A stretch of 64,000 nt of DNA from NCBI GenBank assembly GCA_037045455.1, contig JBAOIN010000003.1:14410-78409 (forward strand). Reading direction: 5' to 3'. Every line of letters starts with the position of its first letter. The stretch's first letter is position 1. Below are positions 54,303 through 63,800 of this stretch, piece by piece. Source of the stretch: Candidatus Nanopelagicales bacterium (GTDB lineage Bacteria > Actinomycetota > Actinomycetes > S36-B12 > UBA10799). Both the position numbers and the translations under genes were made by a program. The notes under the pieces were generated by a model that saw nothing but the letters and a program-made list of their open reading frames with translations, did no database searches and had not been told where the DNA came from.

Positions 54303-55916
54303 ATGAGGCGTCTGTGGGCCCCGCTGGGTGCAGGAGCATTGCTGGTTGGTGGCGTCGTGATGGCCGCGCCAGCCAGTGCCGAGCCCTACCCCTACACGAT
54401 CGAGAAGGAGAACACCGGCCCGGCCTCGATCGTGGCGGGTTCGGACCAAGTCGCCGAGTTCACGATCACCGTCTCGTACAACAGCGAGCCGCAACCCATC
54501 GAGGGACCCGCGATGGCGTCCTTCTGGGACACCCTGCCTTACGGATTGGTGCTCGCTGAGATTCCCGCAGGGTGTACGGGCACGGTCGGGACCAGCCAGC
54601 TGGAGTGCGACGTGGACTTCAGCGAGGAGAACTCGGCCAAGGTCGTGGTGAAAGCCACCGCCCAGGACTGGGCGCGACCCGGGACGTATACGAACTGCGC
54701 CTATCTTGCCCTGGGTGCCTCCGAATTCGATCCTCAGCAGTACCAGGTCTGCGGGTCGGGCGCGCCGCCGGTTGAGCAGATCGACCAGACCGTGGCCTCG
54801 GCCTCGGTCGAGGTGACCAACGTCGCGGACATGCAGCTGGCTGCCAGCCAGCCTGGTCAGGTCGACCCTGGTGCCGGTGCCCAGATCACGTGGACGGCCA
54901 GCAACGGCGGGCCCTCGGGCGCAGACCTGCCGCTGACCCTGACTGCGACCCTGCCCGCAGGGGTCACCTGGGTCGGTGGGGGCGCAGCGCCGTGGGAGTG
55001 CAGCGCGAGTGGCCAGGATGTGACCTGCACGTTCAACCCGACTCCTCCGGACGCGCCGCAGATGATCTGCGCTCCCGTGATGGGTGCCGAGAACATCGGC
55101 TGCCCGGTGCTCGTGGTCCCGCCCGGCGCGGAGATCCCACCCGTGACCTGGAACGTCATGACAGCCAAGCCGGGCACGGTGGCGAAGTATGACGTGACCG
55201 CCAAGGTGACCTCGCTGACCGAGGACAGCACGCCTGCGAACAACTCCGCCGTCTCGACGATCAACGTCACCCCTGTCGATCTTGCGGTTTCCAAGTCCGC
55301 AGGGTCCCCGGTGTTCGTGGGAGACGAGGCGACCTGGACGGTGAACGTGGGCAACGTCGGCACGGTCGACGACGCCGGCAAGCTGACCGTCGTGGACACG
55401 CTACCCAGCGCTGCGACGTTCGTTGCCGCCTCCGGTGACGGGTGGACGTGTGAGGCCGCAGGGCAGAAGGTCACCTGCACGCGCGACGGTCTGGCCAAGG
55501 GTGCCAGCACTGACATCGTGGTGCGCTCGAAGATGACCAGCCGCGGGGATGCGAAGAACTCGGCAACTGTCTCCTCGCAGTCCTACGAAAAGAACACGGC
55601 GAACAACAGCGCCGAGAAGACGGTGAAGGTGGTCCGGACCGAACAGACGGCCGCGGGCCTGCCCGCCACGCCGACCCGTGTGAAGTCGGGCAAGACCGAG
55701 CAGGGTCAGAAGCTGACGACTCGAGTGCGGTGCCGGCCCGTCAAGGCCAGTGCGGCTGGTGAGGTGTCGTTCTGCAAGGTCACGCGCGGCAACGGCGTAG
55801 TACGGATCAAGGTCAAGGGCAGCCAGCCGATGAAGGTCACGGTTATTCAGACCGCGCGCGGCACGGCGAAGCTGAAGCCGTTCGTGCAGCGCAAGACCTA
55901 CATCGTCAAGCCGTAG
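54303..55916 (+). CDS. Secreted repeat protein with DUF11-like (conserved repeat domain) beta-sandwich modules
   Basis: Has the signal peptide MRRLWAPLGAGALLVGGVVMAAPASA. Repeated modules of the type ...ITWT.SNGGPS.A..L.L..TLPAGVT... and ...WTVNVGNVGTVDDAG.LTVVDTLP.... Confidence 0.65.
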   Translation: MRRLWAPLGAGALLVGGVVMAAPASAEPYPYTIEKENTGPASIVAGSDQVAEFTITVSYNSEPQPIEGPAMASFWDTLPYGLVLAEIPAGCTGTVGTSQLECDVDFSEENSAKVVVKATAQDWARPGTYTNCAYLALGASEFDPQQYQVCGSGAPPVEQIDQTVASASVEVTNVADMQLAASQPGQVDPGAGAQITWTASNGGPSGADLPLTLTATLPAGVTWVGGGAAPWECSASGQDVTCTFNPTPPDAPQMICAPVMGAENIGCPVLVVPPGAEIPPVTWNVMTAKPGTVAKYDVTAKVTSLTEDSTPANNSAVSTINVTPVDLAVSKSAGSPVFVGDEATWTVNVGNVGTVDDAGKLTVVDTLPSAATFVAASGDGWTCEAAGQKVTCTRDGLAKGASTDIVVRSKMTSRGDAKNSATVSSQSYEKNTANNSAEKTVKVVRTEQTAAGLPATPTRVKSGKTEQGQKLTTRVRCRPVKASAAGEVSFCKVTRGNGVVRIKVKGSQPMKVTVIQTARGTAKLKPFVQRKTYIVKP

Positions 55917-55919
55917 GCA

Positions 55920-55991
55920 GACAAACACCCCCGTTTGTGCGATTCACCCCCGGTTGAACTGGGGTGAATCGCACAACTGGGGGTGTTTGTC
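55920..55991. repeat. 31-nt-arm near-perfect hairpin directly after the DUF11 gene (element E)
   Basis: gacaaacacccccgtttgtgcgattcacccc-cggttgaact-ggggtgaatcgcacaactgggggtgtttgtc, 29 of 31 complementary. Starts 4 nt after the stop. Shares GTTTGTGCGA with family B. Confidence 0.8.
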
Positions 55992-56030
55992 ACTCCGCAG
56001 AATTGCTCGGCGGCAATGCGTGCTCGCCAG

Positions 56031-56130
56031 CGTGAAATCGCAATCGGTGAGCATACCGGGCATCGGTTAGCATTCCCGGCGCCAAAACCCCGCCCGTGCG
56101 GCTAACAGGTGCCCGGAATGCTCACGAATC
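56031..56130 (+). repeat. Family D 100-nt long-hairpin repeat, copy 2
   Basis: Gap-free alignment to 43251-43350 (79 of 100). The arm gagcataccgggcatcggttagc pairs with gctaacaggtgcccggaatgctc. Confidence 0.85.
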
Positions 56131-56161
56131 AGCCCTTTAGGGCATCAAGAAATTGCGGATC

Positions 56162-56584
56162 TCAGTGCCCGGAACCCGGCTCCACAAGCTCGATCAGCAC
56201 GCCACCGCAGTCCTTGGGGTGCGCGAAGTTGACCCGGGAACCGGCAGTGCCGCGCTTCGGGGCTTCGTAGAGCAGCCGTACGCCCGCGTCCCGCAGCTCG
56301 TCGGCGGCCTTCTCGATGTCGTCCACCCGGTAGGCGACCTGCTGGATGCCCTCCCCGTTGCGGGCGAGGAACTTCCCGATCGGGGAGTCCTCCTTCAGCG
56401 GCGCGAGCAGCTGGATACAGGAACCGCTGTCGCCGACGGCCATCATGGCCTCCCGAACGCCCTGCTCTTCATTGACTTCCTCGTGCACGAGGTCCATTCC
56501 GAACGCGTCCTGGTAGAAGGCAATCGCCTTGTCCAGATCCTGTACTGCCAGTCCAACGTGGTCGATCGCTGTGACGAAACCCAT
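56162..56584 (-). CDS. mce: Methylmalonyl-CoA epimerase (VOC/glyoxalase family)
   Basis: 140 aa: IDHVGLAV.DLD.AI.FY...FG......E.V.EQGV......V.......QLL.P......I.KFL...GEG.QQVAYRVDDI pattern. Confidence 0.85.
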   Translation of the reverse strand: MGFVTAIDHVGLAVQDLDKAIAFYQDAFGMDLVHEEVNEEQGVREAMMAVGDSGSCIQLLAPLKEDSPIGKFLARNGEGIQQVAYRVDDIEKAADELRDAGVRLLYEAPKRGTAGSRVNFAHPKDCGGVLIELVEPGSGH

Positions 56585-56797
56585 GGGGATATCGTGGCAT
56601 TAGGGAAGCACTGATTGATGCTGTTCCGAGCGAAACGTGGCTGAGGGTACGAGATGCAAGCCACACATCGTGGGTCATAGCGGCGCTATGGCACGAGATG
56701 TGGGGTGACGCAGATCGCGGGCTCGGGCACGGTGCAGCCGGGACATGATGAGTCAGTGGTTCCTGAGTTCTCACCACGAGATATGGGAGGTCTGGCC

Positions 56798-57982
56798 ATG
56801 GCCGGAAACGTCATCGTCGCTGGAGCCCGCACCCCGATGGGGCGCCTGCTGGGCTCGCTTAAAGGCTTCTCGGCCGCAGACCTCGGGGGTGTGGCCATCA
56901 AGGCGGCTCTTGAGCGCTCCGGTGTGACGCCCGAGCAGGTCGACTACGTGATCATGGGCCACGTGCTGCAGGCCGGCACTGGACAGATCACCGCCCGCCA
57001 GGCTGCGGTCAAGGCCGGCATCGGCATGGACGTCCCGGCGCTGACCATCAACAAGGTCTGCCTGTCCGGCCTGGACGCCATCGCGCTGGCCGACCAGCTC
57101 ATTCGCGCCGGTGAGTTCGAGATCGTCGTGGCCGGCGGCATGGAGTCCATGACCAACGCTCCGCACCTGCTCATGGGCTCGCGTGAGGGCGTGAAGTACG
57201 GCGACTGGAAGGCGATCGACTCGATGGCCTTCGATGGCTTGACCTGCGCGTTCGACCAGTGCGCGATGGGTGAGTCGACGGAGGGCTACCTCAGCAAGTA
57301 CCCGAAGGTGACGCGCGAGCGCCAGGATGCGTTCGCCGCACGCTCGCACCAGCTCGCCGCTATCGCCGAGAAGAACGGCGCGTTCGGCGAGGAGATCGTT
57401 CCCGTCGAGATCCCGCAACGCAAGGGCGACCCGATCGTGTTCGCGACCGACGAGGGTGTCCGGGCCGACACGACCGCAGAGAGCCTGGGCAAGCTGCGGG
57501 CCGCCTTCGCAAAGGACGGTTCGATCACCGCTGGTAACGCGTCGCAGATTTCCGACGGCGCCGCTGCGGTAGTCGTGATGAGCAAGGCGAAGGCCGAGGA
57601 GCTGGGTCTCACGTGGCTGGCCGAGATCGGTGCGCACGGAGTTGTGGCCGGGCCAGACGCGTCGCTGCACCTGCAGCCGGCCGAGTCGATCAAGGCTGCG
57701 TGCGCGAAGGACGGCATTGCGGTCAGTGACCTGGACCTGGTGGAGATCAACGAGGCGTTCGCTGCGGTGGGCTTGGCCAGCACCGATGAGCTCGGGATCA
57801 ACGAGGACATCGTCAACGTCAACGGCGGCGCGATCGCACTCGGTCACCCGCTGGGCATGTCTGGCGCGCGGGTCGTGCTGACGCTGGCTCTGGAGCTCAA
57901 GCGCCGTGGTGGCGGCGTCGGTGCCGCTGCGCTGTGCGGTGGCGGCGGTCAGGGCGACGCGCTGATCGTCCGGGTTCCGTAG
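56798..57982 (+). CDS. Acetyl-CoA C-acetyltransferase (thiolase II)
   Basis: Has the active-site Cys in [12 protein letters not shown] and the C-terminal [19 protein letters not shown] and [12 protein letters not shown] 56798 has the RBS gggagg, inside ORF 56705-57982. Confidence 0.93.
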   Translation: MAGNVIVAGARTPMGRLLGSLKGFSAADLGGVAIKAALERSGVTPEQVDYVIMGHVLQAGTGQITARQAAVKAGIGMDVPALTINKVCLSGLDAIALADQLIRAGEFEIVVAGGMESMTNAPHLLMGSREGVKYGDWKAIDSMAFDGLTCAFDQCAMGESTEGYLSKYPKVTRERQDAFAARSHQLAAIAEKNGAFGEEIVPVEIPQRKGDPIVFATDEGVRADTTAESLGKLRAAFAKDGSITAGNASQISDGAAAVVVMSKAKAEELGLTWLAEIGAHGVVAGPDASLHLQPAESIKAACAKDGIAVSDLDLVEINEAFAAVGLASTDELGINEDIVNVNGGAIALGHPLGMSGARVVLTLALELKRRGGGVGAAALCGGGGQGDALIVRVP

Positions 57983-57997
57983 GCCGTCAGCCTCGAA

Positions 57998-58056
57998 TTC
58001 ACCGTTTGTGCGAATGCACCGTTCCGAACGGTGAAGTCTGCGCCAAACGGTGAAGT
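57998..58056. repeat. Family B nested-palindrome repeat, copy 3
   Basis: The outer stem TTCACCGTTTG pairs with CAAACGGTGAA (perfect 11 bp). The inner hairpin is caccgtt-ccg-aacggtg. It fills the gap between convergent stops at 57982 and 58060. Confidence 0.8.
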
Positions 58057-58059
58057 GAG

Positions 58060-59530
58060 TCAGTGCCCGGGGAGAACCGGAATCGACCCTGGGGAGATCG
58101 CACCGTCTCCGGCGCTGCTGCGGGCCCGCACCGTGATCGAGTAGTGAGTCCGCGGGTTCAGGCCGCGCACGCTGCAACTGTGCTTGCGTGAGGTGCAGGT
58201 GCGACCACCCGGCCACACCGTCGCGACGTAGCGCCGGATCCGGTGACCGCCGTTGTCCAGCGGCTTGTTCCAGGTAACCCGCAGCCCGAGGCTGATCGGG
58301 TGGGCGGTGACGGCACGCGGGGCACCGGGCGGACCTGCTGGGCGGACGCGATGTGCGGCCGCAACAGGCGCGGTACGTCCGGCATCGGACTTGGCTGTGA
58401 CTTCGACGCGGTAGGCGGTGCCGTTCGTCAGGCCTTGGATCGTGCATTCCAAGTCGGTGGTCGAACAGCTGCGACCACCAGGCAGCGCGCGTGCGACGTA
58501 CTCACTCGCCTCGCCGCGAGCCGGTGCCGACCACGTGACGATCAGACTTCGGGAGCCGGAGTTGACACGCACGTTGCGAACCGGTCCGGGCAGCCCGACG
58601 GAGGGGGTCGCCGGACTACTGGCCAGTGACGGCTCACCTGGGCCGATCGCATTCTCCGCGGTGACGCTGATCCGGTAGGGCTGACCGTTCTGCAGGCCCT
58701 CGAGCGTGCAGCCGGTTGCCGTCGTGATGCATTGCGCACCGCCTGGTGTGGCGATGGCTCGGTACTGTGTGACGGGCGATCCGCCATCATCGGTGGGTGG
58801 CTGCCAGCTGACGCTGAGCCGGGAGTCACCAGGCGCCGCGGTCACGGCTGAGACCGGACCCGGCGGGGCGAGCAGGACGATATCGCGAGTGGTTGCGGTG
58901 CTGAGGGTCACGGGTTCCTGAACTTGGATCGCCCGCCCGGCTGCGGACAGGGTGTAGGCGCCCGGAGGCAGTGCCATCGCGTAGGAACCGTCAGCTGCAC
59001 TCAGGGTGCTCGGCCGGTAGGCAGGCTCGTCGACCCGGGTGGCAGTGACCAGCACATTGCCCACCCCGCGGCCGTCGCGCAGGCGCGTTCGGCCAGTCAG
59101 TGGGATACCTTCGCTGAGTTGGATGTCGAGGAGATGTGAGGGGCAAAGGGCAGGCAAGGTCGGTTCGCAGTTCGGGCCGTCACCAAACCACAAAGTGGTC
59201 GCTGATTCTGGTGCGTAGGCGCGGGGCCAGAACTGGGTGATGAAGCCGGGGCGGGTGACCTGGAGACGGTAGCGGCCGTAGGGCACGTAACTCGTCGATC
59301 GTAGAAAGGCGGATACCGCCGGATTGCCCGACGGCTGCAACGTGATCCGTTCGGCGGTGTCAAGGTTCTGCAGGACCACGGTCGCCCCGGGCAGATCACT
59401 GACCTGGCCGGTCGTCTGCAAGGCCCGTGACCTTGACCGTCGCAAAGCCACCCGCCGCGGACGCCGGTGCGGCAACCCCAAAGCTCAACGCCAGCAATGC
59501 CGCGACGAGCAACCAACGCAGGATTCTCAT
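58060..59530 (-). CDS. Secreted protein with CarboxypepD_reg-like N-terminal domains and three fibronectin type III repeats, frame interrupted at about 59424
   Basis: ATG 59530 gives the signal peptide MRILRWLLVAALLALSFGVAAPASA...VKVTG in one frame and continues as LQTTGQVSDLPGATVVLQNL... in ORF 58060-59481. Three FN3-like units each carry a Cys pair (e.g. ...LSVSWQPPTDDGGSPVTQYRA...C...C...NGQPYRISVTA.N). Confidence 0.7.
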
Positions 59531-60054
59531 GGTGCCGAAACCCCCGGATTCATGGGACCAGGAGGCAGCTCCGGTCCGACGACGACTGTGGACCCGGTAC
59601 TCCCGGTGGAACTCGACCCCGTACCGCTACTCGTCGTTGACCCGCTGGATCCCGAGGACGAGACGACGGTGGACACCGCGACCTGCGCCGTGTTGCCAGC
59701 ATCCTGAGGCTGCTGAGCGCGGTGAGCGAAACGGGCGGCTGCGGGCAGATCTGCAGTAACGGCAGTGTGCACCCTGCGGTGTAGGCGAGCTGACTGATGC
59801 CAAGCGGCTGGTACGGCGGAACCCATGATCCCGATCGTGGTGTCGGCCAGAGCCGGAGCGGCGGGAACTTCGGCAGTTTGTGGACGACTGCCGGACCACG
59901 CCAAGGCCACTGCCACGCCAGTGACACCGACGGCGAGGACAGACAGCACCGCCAAGAAGTGACGCACGGGCAGCCGTCGACGGCGCGGTGGCTCCGGGTC
60001 GCAGCCCAGGATGCGAATGCGCGCTGTGGTGTCGCTGGAAGTGGCGAAACTCAT
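59527..60054 (-). CDS. Single-pass membrane protein with an S/G/T-rich C-terminus, unknown function
   Basis: 175 aa with the TM FLAVLSVLAVGVTGVAVALAW and a low-complexity tail (SSSGSSGSTTSSGTGSSSTGSTGST). Its stop overlaps the downstream ATG (ATGA). Confidence 0.5.
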   Translation of the reverse strand: MSFATSSDTTARIRILGCDPEPPRRRRLPVRHFLAVLSVLAVGVTGVAVALAWSGSRPQTAEVPAAPALADTTIGIMGSAVPAAWHQSARLHRRVHTAVTADLPAAARFAHRAQQPQDAGNTAQVAVSTVVSSSGSSGSTTSSGTGSSSTGSTGSTVVVGPELPPGPMNPGVSAP

Positions 60055-60133
60055 GCCGGTCCCCCCGGATCGACAGGATTGGTGACGTGGGTCTCGAATC
60101 TAACCCACCGATACGCTGGAGCCACCGGGAGGT

Positions 60134-60994
60134 GTGGAAATGGCAGTGGTGGTCGGCTATGACGGGTCGGACGGTTCGGAGCGCGCTCTCGAGTGGGCTG
60201 TCGAGGAAGCCCGGCTACGGGGGCTGCCGCTTGAGGTGGTCGCGGTCTGGGACGAGCCGACAGTGGACGTCGGAATGGGGGCCGGCGCGGTCGCTGACCC
60301 GAACCTGGCCCGGGTGCTGGAGGAGCGGGCAGACGACATTGCGGCCCGGGGTGCGGCCGTGGTGGAAGAGGTGCCAGTCACGAGTAGGGCACTTCCCGGG
60401 CCGGCGGCCGCCGCTCTGATCGACCTCAGTCGTGATGCGGAACTCATCGTGACCGGGTCGCACAGCAAGCGGGGGGTTGCCGAGATCCTGCTGGGCAGTA
60501 CCTCCGATCAGGTCGCTACCCATTCGACATGTCCGACGATCGTGGTGCGGCCCAAGCCCATCGTCAACCAGCGGCTGGCGGTCGCGGTGGACGGGTCACA
60601 TCCGGGCAGCCGGGCGCTGGACTGGGCCTTCGAGGAGGCGAGCCGTCGCGGCTGGAAGGTGCGGGTCATTCACGCCTGGGACGTGCACGTGGTGGGCTTC
60701 GACGTCGATGACAGTACATATCCCAAGGGCGGGATCCTCGACGAGGTGAAGGACGCGGAGACCCGGCTCAATGCCGAAGTCCTGGCCGGACATCGAGCCC
60801 GGTATCCCGACGTCGAGGTCGAGGTGCTGGTAGATCGCGGAAACGCCGACCGCGTGGTGCTGGAAGCCAGCGCCGACTGCGACTTGCTGGTGGTGGGGTC
60901 GAAGGGCCATGGTGCGCTGGCATCGATGCTGCTCGGGTCGGTCAGTCACCGGGTGCTGCACCACGCGGACTGCAGCGTCGCCGTCGTGCATTGA
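60134..60994 (+). CDS. Universal stress protein, tandem Usp domains
   Basis: Two UspA units, each ending with G.HG......LGSV...V.HHA.CPV.VV-type blocks (GSHSKRGVAEILLGSTSDQVATHSTCPTIVV; GSKGHGALASMLLGSVSHRVLHHADCSVAVV). Confidence 0.9.
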   Translation: MEMAVVVGYDGSDGSERALEWAVEEARLRGLPLEVVAVWDEPTVDVGMGAGAVADPNLARVLEERADDIAARGAAVVEEVPVTSRALPGPAAAALIDLSRDAELIVTGSHSKRGVAEILLGSTSDQVATHSTCPTIVVRPKPIVNQRLAVAVDGSHPGSRALDWAFEEASRRGWKVRVIHAWDVHVVGFDVDDSTYPKGGILDEVKDAETRLNAEVLAGHRARYPDVEVEVLVDRGNADRVVLEASADCDLLVVGSKGHGALASMLLGSVSHRVLHHADCSVAVVH

Positions 60995-61054
60995 GCGCAA
61001 CGCTGCGTGTCGCCGTCAACGGGAATAGGGCGGAGGAGGCGCTGTGTTGCGGGA

Positions 61055-62429
61055 TCAGCTCGCCTGCGCCGCCAGACTTCGCAGCGTGCTGCGGATGCCG
61101 TCGAGGAACACCGGTAGGTCGCGCACTGAGTCGTAATCGGCGGTGACACCGAAGTTGATGGTCCCGTTGTAGGAGGCGATGGCCGTCGAGATGCGCACGT
61201 GTGACGCCAATGGCACAAACGGAATGAGTGTCTCGAGTTTGCGTCCCAACATGTACAGAGGGATCTGCGGCCCCGGGACATTCGTCGTCACTGTGTCGAA
61301 CGCACGCAGATCGACACGGCCGGCGACGCGACCGGCGGCGGCGAACAGCATCGGGGGAACGAAGTCGGCGAGTCCGATGATGGAGTCGACCGTGAGGGGG
61401 GTGCCGCTCTTCTTGACGCGCTGCATCTGCCGAGTCATGGCGTGCAGTCGCTCGACCGGTTCCTGCACGCCGACCGGCAAGCACGCAGAACATGGCCGAG
61501 ACCTCATTGCCACCGCTGGCGTCACCGGGGGAGCGCATGGACACCGGGATCATCGAGTGGATCTCCAGCGGTCGGGTATCGATGCCGCGCTGAATGAGCA
61601 GTGCCCGGAAACCGCCGGCCACCGCGGTGAGGATGACGTCGTTGACCGTGCCCCCGAATGCGTTCTTGATGGCCTTGATGTCCTCGAGGTCGGCTTCGAC
61701 CCAACCCCACCGCCGGTGCGGGCTGTTCGGACCACCGAGCACGGTGTCGGTGGCAAGCATGCGCTGGCCGAAGTTCTTGCTGCCGATCGTGCGGATCGCC
61801 ATGTGTTCCATAAGTTCCCGTGGACGGGTTGCGCGGTCGATGATGCGCCCGAGGTGCTCGCCGGGACGTTTTACGGAGTCGATGACAGCCTCGGTCACCA
61901 GGCCGACAGTGTTGGGGCCGGGCTCGGGTTGCCACTGACTTGCTGCGGCCTTCCGGCGCTTGGGGGAGGGGTCGAGGATGACCTCCATGATGTCGTGGCC
62001 GGACAGGCCGTCGATCATCGCGTGGTGGGCCTTGTTGATCAGCGCCCATCGGCCTTCGGCCAAACCCTCGACCAGCCACATCTCCCACAGCGGCCGGTCG
62101 AGGTCGACACGCTGCGAAAGCAGCCGGCTGGCCAGACGCTGCAGTTGTTCGTACTGGCCGGGCTTGGGCACCGCGGTGTGCCGGACGTGGTACTCGAGCT
62201 CGAAGTCCTCGTCGTCGACCCAGACCGGCTGGCCGATGTCCAACGGCACGGTCTGGATCCGCTGCCGGTAGCGCGGGACTTGGTCCAATCGGGAGTCGAG
62301 GTAGGCGCACAAGGCCTCGTAGGTCGGAGCCGGGCCATCGAAGACCATCAGCCCGCCGATGTGCATCGGCTGGCCGTCGCGCTCCAGCAGCAGGAAGGTG
62401 GTGTCGAGGGGGCTCAGACGGTCAGGCAC
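61055..62429 (-). CDS. Wax ester synthase/diacylglycerol acyltransferase (WS/DGAT), frame interrupted at about 61479
   Basis: Has the catalytic HHAMIDG motif. Reads ...GGNEVSAMFCVL | PVGVQEPVERLHAMTRQMQ...TNVPGPQIPLY... across ORFs 60942-62429 and 61055-61525. An extra T (ctTg) shifts the frame. Confidence 0.88.
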
Positions 62430-62433
62430 ACAA

Positions 62434-63243
62434 TCAGGCTAGCCGGAAGCGGCGCGGACCCCCCGCCCACTGCGCCACATCGTCCATGCTGCGGGGTGTC
62501 ACTATTGCGATGACCGGGTACCCGCCGGTTGTGGGGTGGTCGGGTCCCAGGATGATCGGCAGACCGTTGGGCGGAAGTTGAACGGCACCGAGGATCATCG
62601 GCCTGCTCGGCAGGCCGGCGGTGGGGGCTGGAATCGGGGTGCCAGCCAGGCGGATGCCTATGCGGTTGGATTGCGGGTCCAAATCCCATTCCCGGTCGAG
62701 CAGCGGCTGCACTGCAAGGTCGGGCCCGGGCAGCACGTCGAACGTCTCGCTGAACGTCCGCGGTGGCGTGTGATCAATGATGGGTCGACCGGCACCCGGT
62801 CCGCACCGCAGCGTTTGTCCCACTTCGGGCCCGATGCGGCCGAGGGTGTCCCGAGCGACCGATCCGAGGACGGCCTCGGCCTGGAAACCCCCACTGACTG
62901 CGACGTAGTAGCGAAGGCCCAGTCGCGGGGTCCGCAACTCCACGCGGCTGTTTGGTCGCAGGTGCAGTGGCTGATTGACGGAGTGCGCAGTGCCGTCCAC
63001 GACGACGTCGCCGTGGGCGCCAGTGACCGCGATCGTGCAGTGCTCCTGAGCTTCGGCGGAGAAGCCGCCGCCCAGACACTCCAGGACTGGCAGCGCTTCT
63101 GGATTGCCCAGCAGCCGGTTCGCCAGGTGCCAGGAACGGCGGTCGAAGGCTCCCGCCCGGGGCACCCCGAGATGTGCGTAGCCGATCCGCCCGGCATCCT
63201 GCAGCAGGGCTTGTGGACCAGTTGCCTGGATGAGCAGGCTCAC
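62434..63243 (-). CDS. pxpC: 5-oxoprolinase subunit C (PxpC; allophanate hydrolase subunit 2 family)
   Basis: ...TVQD.GR.GY...GV...GA.D-like N-terminus (LLQDAGRIGYAHLGVPRAGAFD) and the C-terminal ...GGYPVIA.V block. Confidence 0.85.
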   Translation of the reverse strand: MSLLIQATGPQALLQDAGRIGYAHLGVPRAGAFDRRSWHLANRLLGNPEALPVLECLGGGFSAEAQEHCTIAVTGAHGDVVVDGTAHSVNQPLHLRPNSRVELRTPRLGLRYYVAVSGGFQAEAVLGSVARDTLGRIGPEVGQTLRCGPGAGRPIIDHTPPRTFSETFDVLPGPDLAVQPLLDREWDLDPQSNRIGIRLAGTPIPAPTAGLPSRPMILGAVQLPPNGLPIILGPDHPTTGGYPVIAIVTPRSMDDVAQWAGGPRRFRLA

Positions 63244-63800
63244 GCGAATCTCACGCGGGTGCCAGGGGTGAGCAGTGCCGGCGGTTGGGTGCCGGGGTCG
63301 AACAGCACCGCCCCGCTGTGTCCGATCAGATGCCAGCCGCCGGGGGAGTCTGTGGGATAGACCGCGGCGTAACCGGACGCTATGGCAATGGAGCCAGCGG
63401 GCACTCGGGGTCGCGGGCGTTCGAGTCGCGGTAGGTGCAGTTGCGATGGCAGTCCGGTGAGATAGGCGAAGCCGGGGGAGAACCCACAGAACGCCACAGT
63501 GAACGCCGTGTCAAGCATTGTGCGGATGACATCGTCCACCGAGCAGGCAGCGGCTGTGGCGACCTCATCGAGATCCTCGCCGTCGAACTGGGCGGGAAGG
63601 ACGAGTTCTGCGTGCTGCTTTTGGCGTGCGGGCGCAGGTGGGTTGCGGGCGATCGCTGCCGCGCCGGGTCCCTGGACGAGGACGCAGTCCGCGGCGGGCA
63701 CAACTTCCTCGAGGCCGGACCGGGGAATGGCAGCCGCCAGCGCGATCGGTTCGTCGGTGAAGAGCAGCCAGGCGTCCGGAGCGAGCTCGACGGCCCTCAT
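63240..63800 (-). CDS. pxpB: 5-oxoprolinase subunit B (PxpB; allophanate hydrolase subunit 1 family)
   Basis: Has FCGFSPGFAYLTGL and PRVPAGSIAIASGYAAVYP...PGGWHLIG blocks. ATG 63800 lies inside ORF 63240-63989. Its stop overlaps the pxpC GTG. Confidence 0.85.
   Translation of the reverse strand: MRAVELAPDAWLLFTDEPIALAAAIPRSGLEEVVPAADCVLVQGPGAAAIARNPPAPARQKQHAELVLPAQFDGEDLDEVATAAACSVDDVIRTMLDTAFTVAFCGFSPGFAYLTGLPSQLHLPRLERPRPRVPAGSIAIASGYAAVYPTDSPGGWHLIGHSGAVLFDPGTQPPALLTPGTRVRFA

Noticed and set aside
56771-58447. 558-aa minus-strand ORF opposite the thiolase gene
   Set aside because: It is antisense to the thiolase, crosses the family B repeat and runs out of frame into the FN3 gene. No motifs are present.
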